Positions 19,031-28,187 of a stretch of 64,000 nt of DNA are shown here, in pieces. Position 1 is the first letter of the stretch, and each line of letters starts with the position of its first letter. Location: assembly GCA_045106895.1 (NCBI GenBank), contig JBGCFM010000074.1, forward strand, positions 12,541 to 76,540, given 5' to 3'. The position numbers and the translations under genes are program-made. Below the pieces are notes generated by a model. That model saw nothing but the letters and a program-made list of their open reading frames with translations, had not been told where the DNA came from and made no database searches. The DNA comes from Polyangiales bacterium. GTDB lineage: Bacteria > Myxococcota_A > Polyangia > Polyangiales > Houyiibacteriaceae.

Positions 19031-20437
19031 TCAGCTACGACGGCGACGGCGGCGCCGAGCGCGCCGTGGCGTCTCTTCAATGGTCGCCTCCGGTGAGGCG
19101 GCCCACTCGGGAACCTCCTCGCCGCGTGCTTCTCGGTCGATGGCGTAAAGACGAGCCGCTTCGTAGAAGAAGTCACGCCGGGCGAGCCCACCCACCTTCC
19201 CTGCGCGCAGGCGACGCTGGGCGACAACGATGAGACGAATCCGGTCTTTGATGCGGCGCGGAATCGCCAAACGGTAGGCGAGCTCGTCGAAGAATTCGTC
19301 GAAGGCCTCGCCGAGGTCGTTGGCGCCTTCGAGATATTCTTCGATGGGCCCGAGGAGCAGCGTTGCGTAGAGCAGCGTGTCGGTGAGCTTTTCGTCGCTC
19401 GCCGTCAGACGGTCGATGACGGCCAAGCGGTGCCAGACCAAGTCGCAGTCTTCCGCGTCGTCATCCAGGAAGCTGGCCACTTCGGGCAAGAGCTCGGCGA
19501 GAATGCCAAGGTCCCACATGAGGTAGACAGAGCGGTGTCCGGCGCCACCCCGCAGGAGGCGAAGGATCTCTTCAAAGAGGCGCGGGCGCGCAGCCCGCGA
19601 GAGCTCCGTGCGAAAGTCCGACATCGCGTCGTACATCTCGACATCGATGCCCATGTCGATGCGTGCGCTGAACTTGATGGCGCGGAGTATCCGCACCGGG
19701 TCCTCGCGGAAACGCTGATCGGGGTCACCGATGGTGCGCAGAGTCTTCGTGCTCAAGTCCGCCATGCCGCCAACGAAGTCGATGACCTCGCGTCGTTGCA
19801 TGTCGTAGAAGAGACCGTTGATGGTGAAGTCGCGCCGGATCGCATCTTCGTAAGGCAGACCGAAGACGTTGTCGTTCTTGATGAGGAGGTCTTGCTCATC
19901 ATCGGTTCGGATGGGCGCGAGGACGACGGGCGCCGGCATGTCCGAGCGCGCACCTTCCGGCAGCTCCTTATAAGGAGTGATGTTGATGTGCTGAGTCGGG
20001 TCTTTGCGGAAAGTAGCGACCTCGATGATCTTGCCACCCGCAAAGAGAATATGAGCGAGGCGGAAACGACGGCCGATGACGCGGCAGTTACGGAAGAGCC
20101 GCCGCACCTCCGTCGGCTTGGCGCTCGTGGCGACGTCGAAGTCCTTGGGATGTCGGCCGAGAAGCAGGTCACGAACGCCGCCGCCCACGAGGTACGCTTC
20201 GTGGCCGTAACGCGTCAGACGCGAGATGACTTTGACGGCATCATGATCGAGGTGCTCGCTGGGAAGCTCCACAGGGAAGATCGCTGGGCTCGGCCCCTCA
20301 AAACGAGGGCCCTCATCCGCGGACGGATCGAGCTCCGGCATCGAATCGTCTTCTTCTTCAAAACGACGCCGGCGCCTACGGGCTCGGCGTGGGCGGGCTT
20401 CTTTCGGAGCGCTTTTGTCGGTTTTGTCGGATGACAT
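19031..20437 (-). CDS. pcnB: Poly(A) polymerase I / tRNA nucleotidyltransferase family
   Basis: Motif LVGGGVRDLLLGRHPKDFDVATSAKPTEVRRLFRNCRVIGRRFRLAHILFAGGKIIEVATFR. Both termini carry Arg-rich tails. Confidence 0.8.
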   Translation of the reverse strand: MSSDKTDKSAPKEARPRRARRRRRRFEEEDDSMPELDPSADEGPRFEGPSPAIFPVELPSEHLDHDAVKVISRLTRYGHEAYLVGGGVRDLLLGRHPKDFDVATSAKPTEVRRLFRNCRVIGRRFRLAHILFAGGKIIEVATFRKDPTQHINITPYKELPEGARSDMPAPVVLAPIRTDDEQDLLIKNDNVFGLPYEDAIRRDFTINGLFYDMQRREVIDFVGGMADLSTKTLRTIGDPDQRFREDPVRILRAIKFSARIDMGIDVEMYDAMSDFRTELSRAARPRLFEEILRLLRGGAGHRSVYLMWDLGILAELLPEVASFLDDDAEDCDLVWHRLAVIDRLTASDEKLTDTLLYATLLLGPIEEYLEGANDLGEAFDEFFDELAYRLAIPRRIKDRIRLIVVAQRRLRAGKVGGLARRDFFYEAARLYAIDREARGEEVPEWAASPEATIEETPRRARRRRRRRS

Positions 20438-20536
20438 GAGAAAATTCGAAGAAGAAGGAGCGAGGCTCGCCCGGCGGAGTAGCGCTTTGACGCCTCACCG
20501 GCAACGTTTGCCTCGAACGCTGATACACTCGGCGCC

Positions 20537-21604
20537 GTGGACACCTCGATCTTAGCCGCTGGACAGGTACTGGTGGGGGGCTTTTCTGGTCTAAAGGTCC
20601 CGCCGAAGCTCATGGAGGCCTTCGCCGAGGGGTCTATCGGAGGGGTGACCTTCTTCTCCCGGAACATCGATACTCCTAAGCAATTACATGCACTTATCAA
20701 GGAAATAGAATGGCCTCAGGAGCGCCCTCCCCTCCTCGCCATCGACCAAGAAGGCGGACGCGTCGCACGGCTAAAAAGCCCGGTCGTGAAGCTCCCCCCA
20801 ATGCGTGAGTTGGCCCAGATCGGCGATCCGTCGCTCACCGAGCGCGCCGCGGCGCTCCTTGGAAGCCAGCTGAGAGCGATCGGGCTGACCATGAATTTTG
20901 CCCCGGTGCTCGATGTGGACACCAATCCGGACAACCCCGTTATCGGCGATCGCTCGTTTGGAGCGAGGCCGAAGGAAGTGATCCTCCACGCGCGGGCGTT
21001 CGCGGCAGGTCTCGCCGACGCTGGCGTGCTGAGCTGCGGAAAGCACTTCCCCGGACATGGCGACACGCTCCTGGACAGTCACCTCGCGCTTCCAACGGTG
21101 AAGCACACGCTGGCGCGCTTGGAAGCCGTAGAGCTACTACCCTTTCGACAGGCCCTCGATTTTCCCGCGTTCATGACCGCACACGTGGTTTTCCCGGAGC
21201 TGGACGCGCACCGACCAGCGACGCTTTCGCCACACGTTGTCGGCGACCTCCTTCGGCACGACATGGGGTACGAAGGAGTCATCATCAGTGACGACCTGGA
21301 GATGAAAGCTGTCGCCAAAATGTACAGCATCGCTGAGTCCGCGATCCTCGCCATCGAAGCCGGGTGCGACGTTCTCCTCGTGTGCTCCGACACCGACGCG
21401 CTCTTTGACGCCCGCGAAGAGCTGGCGGCGAGGGCGAGGCGGGACGTTGCTTTTCGCACGCGACTCGATGACGCCGCGGAGCGCTCACTTCGCCTGCGAC
21501 GGAGCGCGCCTCCGACGCCAGCACCGAACTTGAGTGGAGTCTTCGACGCCAGCACCCTGTTTGAGCGCGAACTCGAAACCCACCTTGGACAGCGCCATGC
21601 TTGA
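20537..21604 (+). CDS. nagZ: Beta-N-acetylhexosaminidase (GH3)
   Basis: GTG start. Motifs: LLAIDQEGGRVARL, NFAPVLDV, GKHFPGHGDTLLDSHLALP. Confidence 0.85.
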   Translation: MDTSILAAGQVLVGGFSGLKVPPKLMEAFAEGSIGGVTFFSRNIDTPKQLHALIKEIEWPQERPPLLAIDQEGGRVARLKSPVVKLPPMRELAQIGDPSLTERAAALLGSQLRAIGLTMNFAPVLDVDTNPDNPVIGDRSFGARPKEVILHARAFAAGLADAGVLSCGKHFPGHGDTLLDSHLALPTVKHTLARLEAVELLPFRQALDFPAFMTAHVVFPELDAHRPATLSPHVVGDLLRHDMGYEGVIISDDLEMKAVAKMYSIAESAILAIEAGCDVLLVCSDTDALFDAREELAARARRDVAFRTRLDDAAERSLRLRRSAPPTPAPNLSGVFDASTLFERELETHLGQRHA

Positions 21605-22571
21605 CGATCCCCCGAGCACGGCACTCGGCCCCAAAGGCTTTCGCTTCGGTCGCTACCGCGGTCCCATCGACACGCCTGATTTTGAGCTCGGACTTCGATG
21701 GCGCGGACGCCTTAAGGAGTGGCACTACACTTCCGTATCCGCACCGCGCATGTTCTTGGCGTTCGGCGTCGTTCGTCTTGGCTACGCCACCAACGTCTTC
21801 CTCTATTGGGTGGACCATGAACGCGAAGGCGACGCCTTCGTCATCGACGCGATGTCCACGGGCTCGCGCGGCGTGTCTTTTTCCGAGAGCTCCACGCGCG
21901 GCGAGACGTCCTGGCGGAAAGGCGGCGCCGAGCTTCGCATCACTTACGAGCCCCGCTTGATGCGCATTCACGCCGACGTTGTCGCTCGAGGAGAGCGGCT
22001 TCGCGCAGATCTTGTGGTGGAAGCCGGGGACAGCCTTGGACTACTCCACGACCTCGGAAAGCAGCGCCCCGCGTACACGCACAAAGCCGCAGGCTTGCGC
22101 GCGCGCGGAAGTGTTCGACTCGGCGACGAAGCCATCGTCGTCGATGGCAGCGCGGTCCTGGATTGGACAAGAAGCGTGGCGAGCCGGCGTACCGTGTGGA
22201 AATGGGCAAGCTTCGCAGGCCACTCCGCGGGCAGACACCTTGGACTCAACTTGTCGACGGATGTCTACGAGAACGCCGCCGGTCATGGATGCGAGAACGC
22301 GCTCTGGATCGACGGGAAGATGTCGATACTCGGCGATGTTCGCATCGAGATGCCCGCGGACCCAGGCGTCGGTGATTGGGTGATTCGAAGCACACACGGA
22401 GACGAAGTTGATCTCCATTTTACGCCGCGAGGCGCTCGCTCGAAAGACGCGGACTACAAACTCGTCCGCTCCCGCTTCGTGCAGCCCTATGGCGTGTTCA
22501 ACGGGCGAGTTGGCGGCGTCGATGTCCTCGATGTGTTTGGCGTGGTCGAGGATCACGAGTCGCTCTGGTAG
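21597..22571 (+). CDS. DUF2804-like protein
   Basis: The ATG at 21597 overlaps the nagZ end by 8 nt. The translation is MLDDPPSTALGPKGFRFGRYRGP...KEWHYTSVSAPRMFLAFGVVRLGYATNVFLYWVDHE. The family call is from memory. Confidence 0.5.
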   Translation: MLDDPPSTALGPKGFRFGRYRGPIDTPDFELGLRWRGRLKEWHYTSVSAPRMFLAFGVVRLGYATNVFLYWVDHEREGDAFVIDAMSTGSRGVSFSESSTRGETSWRKGGAELRITYEPRLMRIHADVVARGERLRADLVVEAGDSLGLLHDLGKQRPAYTHKAAGLRARGSVRLGDEAIVVDGSAVLDWTRSVASRRTVWKWASFAGHSAGRHLGLNLSTDVYENAAGHGCENALWIDGKMSILGDVRIEMPADPGVGDWVIRSTHGDEVDLHFTPRGARSKDADYKLVRSRFVQPYGVFNGRVGGVDVLDVFGVVEDHESLW

Positions 22572-22631
22572 CTCTGCTCGTCCGTCCATGAAGCACAAGC
22601 CCGCAAGCCAGACTTGTGCTGCCCCGAAACG

Positions 22632-24017
22632 CTAAAGGGGAACGATGCCGGAGCTGTCCACACCCCAAAACACAAAGTCACCGCTGATCTCTCGGGTGCT
22701 CGTGTCGAAATCGAGGCTTCCCGAGGTACCGAGAATGTCGATGCTCTCGCCGGCGGTGAAGGCGTCGATGACGGTCGTCCAAGCGGACATTCGAATGGAC
22801 ACTTCGTCTCCGCTGGAGAGTCGCCGGAGGCCACGTCCCACGTTGACGGGGTTGATCTCTCCGCCTTCTTGAAGGAGCGCCCAGGCGATGGAGTAGAGGC
22901 TGATCCAAGCGGCGTCGTAGGCGTTGGAGGTAAAGCTCAGGTCGCGCACGTCTTCACTGAAGGTGAGGTTGTATCGCGCGTAGAACGCGTCGAGGGTGAC
23001 GGCGTCGGGAAGCTGAGGCCGCGTCCCACGGATTCGCGCGAGGAAAGCCTCTTCATCTGGGATACCATCGACGAGGTCACGGTTCGCCGCCGCGTCGGTG
23101 AGGAAAAACGTTCCTTCAAAGCGCGAGGCATCGTCGGCGGCCTGGAGGAACGCTGTGACTTCGCTCGTGACGGAGGAGACGATGACGATCTCTTCGGCGT
23201 TGCCTCGGCCGACCTCGGCGCTGAGCTCTGAGAGCCGACCTTGAGTCGCGTAGGGGTAGAGCGTGACTTCAATTCCGCCGCCGAGGTTGGCTTCCACCTC
23301 CGTGGCGATACCCGTACCGTAGGAGTTTTCGGCGTGAACGATGGCGATGGAGCTCAAGCCTCGATCCTGAATGTCGGCGGCGATTCGCCTCGCTTGTTCC
23401 GCATCCGGCGCCGTGGTGCGCCAGAAGCGCCCAGGAGATTCGTCCGTCGATGGACCCGAAAGGCTCCCGAGCTCGTCGCTCGATGCGGAGGGCGAGACCA
23501 AGATCACATCACTACTGGCGCCTTCGAAAACCGCTTGAGATGCATCCGAAGAAGGAGGGCCGACGATGGCGACGACGCCAAGTCGCGACATAAAGTCGGT
23601 GACGGCGACGGAGGCTTCGTTTTGGTTCTGCGAGTCGAGAGTCGGGTCGACCTTATTGGTGCAGACGACGAGGCCGAAATCGCGGCCATCGACACCGCCG
23701 GACTCATTTGCGTCACGAACGGCAAGCTCGACGCTCTGCGCGCGCGCGACGTGGGTGACCTGGGAGTCATCGATGATGGTGCCGATAAGGATGATGCCGG
23801 GGTACTCTTCAGGGTTTTCGTCGAGGTCGACGGGCCAAACAGTCTCGCAGCGTGGCTCGCTGTTGGCAGCCTCGCAGAAGCCACTTTCAAGACAGACAAA
23901 ACCGACACCGAAGGCGTCACGGCAGTCATCATCCACGGAACATGAGTCGACGCTTCCTTGCGTGAAGCTGCAGGAAGCGAGGAGACAAGCGAGGAGTAAG
24001 CTCAACCTAGAAAGCAT
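22632..24017 (-). CDS. Type-1 periplasmic binding protein (LivK/ANF-receptor-like) lipoprotein, orphan
   Basis: The ATG at 24017 gives MLSRLSLLLACLLASCS, a lipobox, followed by a Cys-rich linker. PBP1-like stretches: ILIGTIIDDSQ...ELAVRDANESGGVDGRDFGLVVC and VAIVGPPSSDAS. No ABC permease or ATPase gene is adjacent. Confidence 0.65.
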   Translation of the reverse strand: MLSRLSLLLACLLASCSFTQGSVDSCSVDDDCRDAFGVGFVCLESGFCEAANSEPRCETVWPVDLDENPEEYPGIILIGTIIDDSQVTHVARAQSVELAVRDANESGGVDGRDFGLVVCTNKVDPTLDSQNQNEASVAVTDFMSRLGVVAIVGPPSSDASQAVFEGASSDVILVSPSASSDELGSLSGPSTDESPGRFWRTTAPDAEQARRIAADIQDRGLSSIAIVHAENSYGTGIATEVEANLGGGIEVTLYPYATQGRLSELSAEVGRGNAEEIVIVSSVTSEVTAFLQAADDASRFEGTFFLTDAAANRDLVDGIPDEEAFLARIRGTRPQLPDAVTLDAFYARYNLTFSEDVRDLSFTSNAYDAAWISLYSIAWALLQEGGEINPVNVGRGLRRLSSGDEVSIRMSAWTTVIDAFTAGESIDILGTSGSLDFDTSTREISGDFVFWGVDSSGIVPL

Positions 24018-24768
24018 GGGACCACCTTGCGTACGCACCCTCTGGAGACGCGACGGCGTCCATGCTGTTCGCGGGCTCTTCTTCATTGTCATCGGTCTTG
24101 CGGAGTAAGAAATAGAGGCCAACACCCACCGCCGCGGCACCGGCGACGAAGAGAACGTCCGCGCCAATGGAGGAGCGGCGATCACGTGTCTGTGCGTCTT
24201 CCGCCGCGGCCTGACAAAAGCGCTGGTCGCCCTGTTCCATGCAGAGCCCATCCAGGTCCGAGCGCGCGCTGTTGGCGCGAAGCGCGAGCACGAGCCCGCC
24301 GACAAGGGCAGCGCCACCGACACCAAGGAGAATCGGGCCAACGGGGCTCATGCCGGGCTCTTCTGGAGGAGCCTCCACGGGATCCGGCGTCGCCGTCATG
24401 TCGCGGACGCGGGCGGCGCGCGAACGCAGGCTCTCAAGGCGCGTCTCGATGCGCGAGGTCTCGCCCTCTTCAGCGTCGGGAAGGTAGCGCTCGAGGCTCT
24501 CGATGGCGTCTTCGTACATCCCAGTGCGCTCTTGGGCATTGGCCATATTGAAGAGCAGAAGCGGCCGGCGGCGCAGGGCGTAAGCCTCTTCGAAGGCCGC
24601 CAGGGCGTCCTCGTAGCGACCGTTGGCGTAGTGCTCATCGCCGGCTTGAAAAAGCTCGCGAGCACGTTCTTCGTTTTCTTCGGAGACTTCCTCGGATTGA
24701 GCGAGGACAACGCTGTTGGGGGCCACGAAGAACGCGACGGCCAAAAGCAGGGCAATAAGACGAGCCAT
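24007..24768 (-). CDS. Secreted TPR-like protein with TM segments
   Basis: Signal peptide MARLIALLLAVAFFVAPNSVVLAQ. TPR-like stretch ELFQAGDEHYANGRYEDALAAFEEAYAL...FNMANAQERTGMYEDAIESLERYL. Two hydrophobic segments. It overlaps the next gene by 11 nt. Confidence 0.65.
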   Translation of the reverse strand: MARLIALLLAVAFFVAPNSVVLAQSEEVSEENEERARELFQAGDEHYANGRYEDALAAFEEAYALRRRPLLLFNMANAQERTGMYEDAIESLERYLPDAEEGETSRIETRLESLRSRAARVRDMTATPDPVEAPPEEPGMSPVGPILLGVGGAALVGGLVLALRANSARSDLDGLCMEQGDQRFCQAAAEDAQTRDRRSSIGADVLFVAGAAAVGVGLYFLLRKTDDNEEEPANSMDAVASPEGAYARWSHAF

Positions 24769-24831
24769 GAGCGGATCATACCCGATCTTGGTCAGGACGT
24801 TAGGTTTCCTCCCCGGACGGGCTCCAAATGG

Positions 24832-26445
24832 CTAACGCCCCCATGGATCGCGGTTATCGGTCATTCCGGTCATCGAGGTCATGGGCGTCGTCATGGGAGT
24901 CTCGACCACGGGGACCTCCACCATCTCGACCGTTGGAGCGGTCTCCATCACCGTCGTCCGCATGCCTCTTCCTCGTCGGCGACGGAGGCTCACGCTGACC
25001 TCTCCCTGACGGTCATTCACCTCCACGGTGCGAGTCTCGTAGCCCGTGAGCGTCAACGTAATGCGGCGTGACTCTCCGCTTCGGACCACGATCGTTGTCG
25101 GCGAGTCGCCAAGGTCCACGCCATCAGCTTCAACACGCGCCCCGGGTGGATCGCTGAGAACCTGGACATCCACGCTCGCAGGCGCGGCTTCACCGGCACC
25201 GAGCGCAGGGCTCGGGTCGGCGGGAGCTTCGGGTGTCTCCGGATCCGTCGTCTCTGTTGCGACGACGGTGTCGGGCGCTGGGTCCTCCCCCGGCCGCAAA
25301 GCAAGCCAGAGTCCTACCGCCAAGAGGGCGCCGAGGGCGATGGCGCCGAAGAGCACCTGACGGAGATTGGGCCCCGCAGCGGCCGCCTCGCCCGCCGCCG
25401 TATCCTCCGCGACGACGCCGCTGACGGAGGCATGCTGCGTGTCCGCGGAGGCGACGAGTTTTCGCTCCGCCGAAGAGAGCGGGCGAGCCACATTCGTCAC
25501 GCCGAGGGGTGCTTGGACGGGCACAGGGACCGCCGACGCGCGCGGCAGACTTGAGTTTGCGGTGTCGGTGTCTTCGGGACAGAACGCCAGCGCGCGAGCC
25601 AGGGCTTCCATCGAGTCGTAGCGCTCCTCGGGGTTCTTCCGGAGGCAGCGCATGACGACTTGTTCCAGCTCCCGGCTCGCCGGCGTGTCGGGGTCGACTT
25701 CGCGAATGGATGGAGCCGCTTCGTTCATGTGACTCGCGAGAAGCACGAACTTCGACTCCGAGTCGAAGGGCGGGCGCCCCGTGATCATGTGATAGAGGAT
25801 GGCGCCGAGAGCGTAGATGTCCGCGCCGGGCCCGATCTTCGTGTTGCTGATCTGCTCCGGCGCCATGTAACGCGGAGTGCCGAGGAGCGCGCCGCTTTGA
25901 GTGAGGCCGTTGTCCTCTTGTTTGACGAGACCAAAGTCGAGGACTTTGACGAAGTTGGGATCGTTGCCGCGTGCCGTCAGCATCACATTGCTGGGCTTGA
26001 GGTCGCGGTGGACCATGCCTTGATCGTGGGCGCCGCCGATGGAGCCGCATATCTGCAGCGCAATGTGAATCGCACGAGAAGGATCGACGGTGCCGTCCCG
26101 CACGATGAGGTCTTGAAGCGTCTCCCCGTTGAGGAGCTCCATGGCGATGAAGACATCGTCGTCTTCGGTTTTTCCGTAGTCATACACGACGACGGTGTTC
26201 GGGTGCTGGAGCTGAGCGCACGACGCAGCTTCCAAAAAGAAGCGCTGCTGAAAGTCCTCGATGGCGGCCTGGCCCTCGAGCTGGTCGAGGTCGAGGACCT
26301 TAAGCGCAACCTCGCGACCGAGCGGTTTTTGAATCGCGCGATACACCCTTCCCATGCCGCCGCGGGCGAGGGGATCCATGACCTCGTACTTTCCCGCGAG
26401 GGTCAGTCCGACAAAAGGGTCACGGCGTTTGGCCTTGGGTGGCAC
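24832..26445 (-). CDS. Hanks-type Ser/Thr protein kinase with a TM segment and a C-terminal PEGA-like domain
   Basis: Kinase motifs: LARGGMGRVYRA, VALKVL, HRDLKPSNVML, DFGLVK, YMAPE. TM segment VLFGAIALGALLAVGLWLAL. PEGA-like stretch VDVQVLSDPPGARVEADGVDLGDSPTTIVV...LTGYETRTVEV. Confidence 0.9.
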   Translation of the reverse strand: MPPKAKRRDPFVGLTLAGKYEVMDPLARGGMGRVYRAIQKPLGREVALKVLDLDQLEGQAAIEDFQQRFFLEAASCAQLQHPNTVVVYDYGKTEDDDVFIAMELLNGETLQDLIVRDGTVDPSRAIHIALQICGSIGGAHDQGMVHRDLKPSNVMLTARGNDPNFVKVLDFGLVKQEDNGLTQSGALLGTPRYMAPEQISNTKIGPGADIYALGAILYHMITGRPPFDSESKFVLLASHMNEAAPSIREVDPDTPASRELEQVVMRCLRKNPEERYDSMEALARALAFCPEDTDTANSSLPRASAVPVPVQAPLGVTNVARPLSSAERKLVASADTQHASVSGVVAEDTAAGEAAAAGPNLRQVLFGAIALGALLAVGLWLALRPGEDPAPDTVVATETTDPETPEAPADPSPALGAGEAAPASVDVQVLSDPPGARVEADGVDLGDSPTTIVVRSGESRRITLTLTGYETRTVEVNDRQGEVSVSLRRRRGRGMRTTVMETAPTVEMVEVPVVETPMTTPMTSMTGMTDNRDPWGR

Positions 26446-26555
26446 GGGCGCAGGATACCACCCCCAGCCCTGGGGTCCACGGCCAACAAATGCTGGAAGC
26501 TCCTGGTGAATCTGCAGTTGGTGACCGACGCGGCGAAGACGTGGTAGACGGCGAC

Positions 26556-27377
26556 ATGTCCAAGCCGAGAGCCAAGCTTTTCCGAGTGTATTCGTGGAAT
26601 GTGAACGGAATTCGTGCCGCCGCGAAGAAGGGCATGGCGGACTGGATGAAAACAGCGCGCGCCGATGTCATCGGCATGCAGGAGACTCGCGCGCTGCCTG
26701 AACAGCTCGATCCTGAAGTGCTCAAACCCAAACGCTGGCGCAGTCACTTCGTATCCGCCGTGCGAAAAGGCTACAGCGGGGTGGGGATGTACTCTCGGCG
26801 AGAGCCCGACCACATCGAAGCGCTCTCCCTCGGCGAGGAGCGTTTCGATGATGAAGGTCGGCTCCAGCTTGCGCGCTTCGGCGAGCTGACCATCGTAAAC
26901 GGTTACTTTCCAAACGGGTCCGGGAAGAACCGCGACCACTCCCGTGTGCCTTATAAGCTCGACTTCTACCGCAAGCTCTACGCGCTCCTCGAAGAAGGAA
27001 AAAAGCGTGGCGACAAGATCGTGGTGATGGGCGACTTCAACACCGCTCACGAAGACATCGACTTGGCGCGGCCAAAACAGAACAAGAAGACGAGCGGGTT
27101 CTTGGCCGAGGAACGACAGGAGCTAGACCGCTGGATTCAAAACGGTTGGAGCGACAGCTTCAGGCAGTTCGAAGCCGGCCCAGATCACTACTCTTGGTGG
27201 AGCAACCGTGTTGGTGTTCGCGAGAAGAACATCGGCTGGCGCATCGACTATATGCTGACGTCCCCCGGGCTGACGCCCCACGTGCTCAAGGCGGCCATTC
27301 ATCCAAAGGTCATGGGCTCGGACCATTGTCCGATCAGCGTGGATCTCGACCCAAGCGTCGTCGATCCGGAAGATTAG
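26556..27377 (+). CDS. xthA: Exodeoxyribonuclease III
   Basis: The ATG at 26556 gives MSKPRAKLFRVYSWNVNGIRAA...IGMQETR. The C-terminal region has WRIDYMLTS...GSDHCPISVDL. Confidence 0.85.
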   Translation: MSKPRAKLFRVYSWNVNGIRAAAKKGMADWMKTARADVIGMQETRALPEQLDPEVLKPKRWRSHFVSAVRKGYSGVGMYSRREPDHIEALSLGEERFDDEGRLQLARFGELTIVNGYFPNGSGKNRDHSRVPYKLDFYRKLYALLEEGKKRGDKIVVMGDFNTAHEDIDLARPKQNKKTSGFLAEERQELDRWIQNGWSDSFRQFEAGPDHYSWWSNRVGVREKNIGWRIDYMLTSPGLTPHVLKAAIHPKVMGSDHCPISVDLDPSVVDPED

Positions 27378-27387
27378 AGAGCGACTC

Positions 27388-28005
27388 GTGACGGAATCCA
27401 TGGGCCCCTCAGAGAAGATCCTCGCCGCCGCCCGCGTGGTCATCGAAGAAAAAGGCGTGGACTCTTTTTCCCTTCGAGCTGTGGCTGCCAAGGCCGGCGT
27501 CAGCCTCGGCACCGTCACCTACTACTACCCGAACCGTTCAGCCCTCGTCGAAGCGTGCCTTGAGTCGCTTCACACGCTGCACCGCGAAGCCATCGAGCTG
27601 GTGTCGCGCGGCCTCTCGGAGGGCCGGAGCTTTGCGGAGATGGCCAGCGCCCTCGTCGACAGTCTGTTCCCTCGCTTGCTCGACGAGCGTGAATGGATCC
27701 GTGTGCGAATGCTCGGCATCCTTAAGGACGACGGACTGCCCGAGCGCCAACGCAACCGTGTTCTTGCGCCGGCGGTGGAGCTGGGTGCGGCCCAGCTGGA
27801 GGCGACCACGAAGCTGAACACCGCTGAGGCGCGCATGATGGTCAACGCGCTCATCTTTGTCGTCTCTCGCTTCGCGATCTTGTCGCCTGTGGAGCTTCTT
27901 CTCCTTACGCAGGAAGAGGACCTCGACGCCGCAGAAACCAAGACCCGCGCGTTTCTCGTGAGCTTGGTGGAGCGCTTGCTCCGAGACGAGGCACCTGCGG
28001 CGTGA
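27388..28005 (+). CDS. TetR family transcriptional regulator
   Basis: HTH region ILAAARVVIEEKGVDSFSLRAVAAKAGVSLGTVTYYYPNRSALVEA. The start could be the GTG at 27388 or the ATG at 27400. Confidence 0.8.
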   Translation: MTESMGPSEKILAAARVVIEEKGVDSFSLRAVAAKAGVSLGTVTYYYPNRSALVEACLESLHTLHREAIELVSRGLSEGRSFAEMASALVDSLFPRLLDEREWIRVRMLGILKDDGLPERQRNRVLAPAVELGAAQLEATTKLNTAEARMMVNALIFVVSRFAILSPVELLLLTQEEDLDAAETKTRAFLVSLVERLLRDEAPAA

Positions 28006-28187
28006 GTCCCTCCCGCGGTGGCGACGGATCTGGCTTTCGCGGCACGCATCCAGCGCCATGGATGCTCATTGGTCACGGAAAGTGGCGAGACGAGCGACGC
28101 GAGCTCCGCCGCCCGTGTGCTCCAGTGCGCTTCCGCCGCATCCGAGTAGCCATCGACGTTTCCGGCGACTTGCACTAAGTAGGGCTC

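Noticed and set aside
22592-22620. A hairpin, AGCACAAG-(13 nt)-CTTGTGCT, between convergent genes, considered as a terminator.
   Set aside because: The loop is large and no U-run follows on either strand, so the evidence is too weak to list it as a feature.
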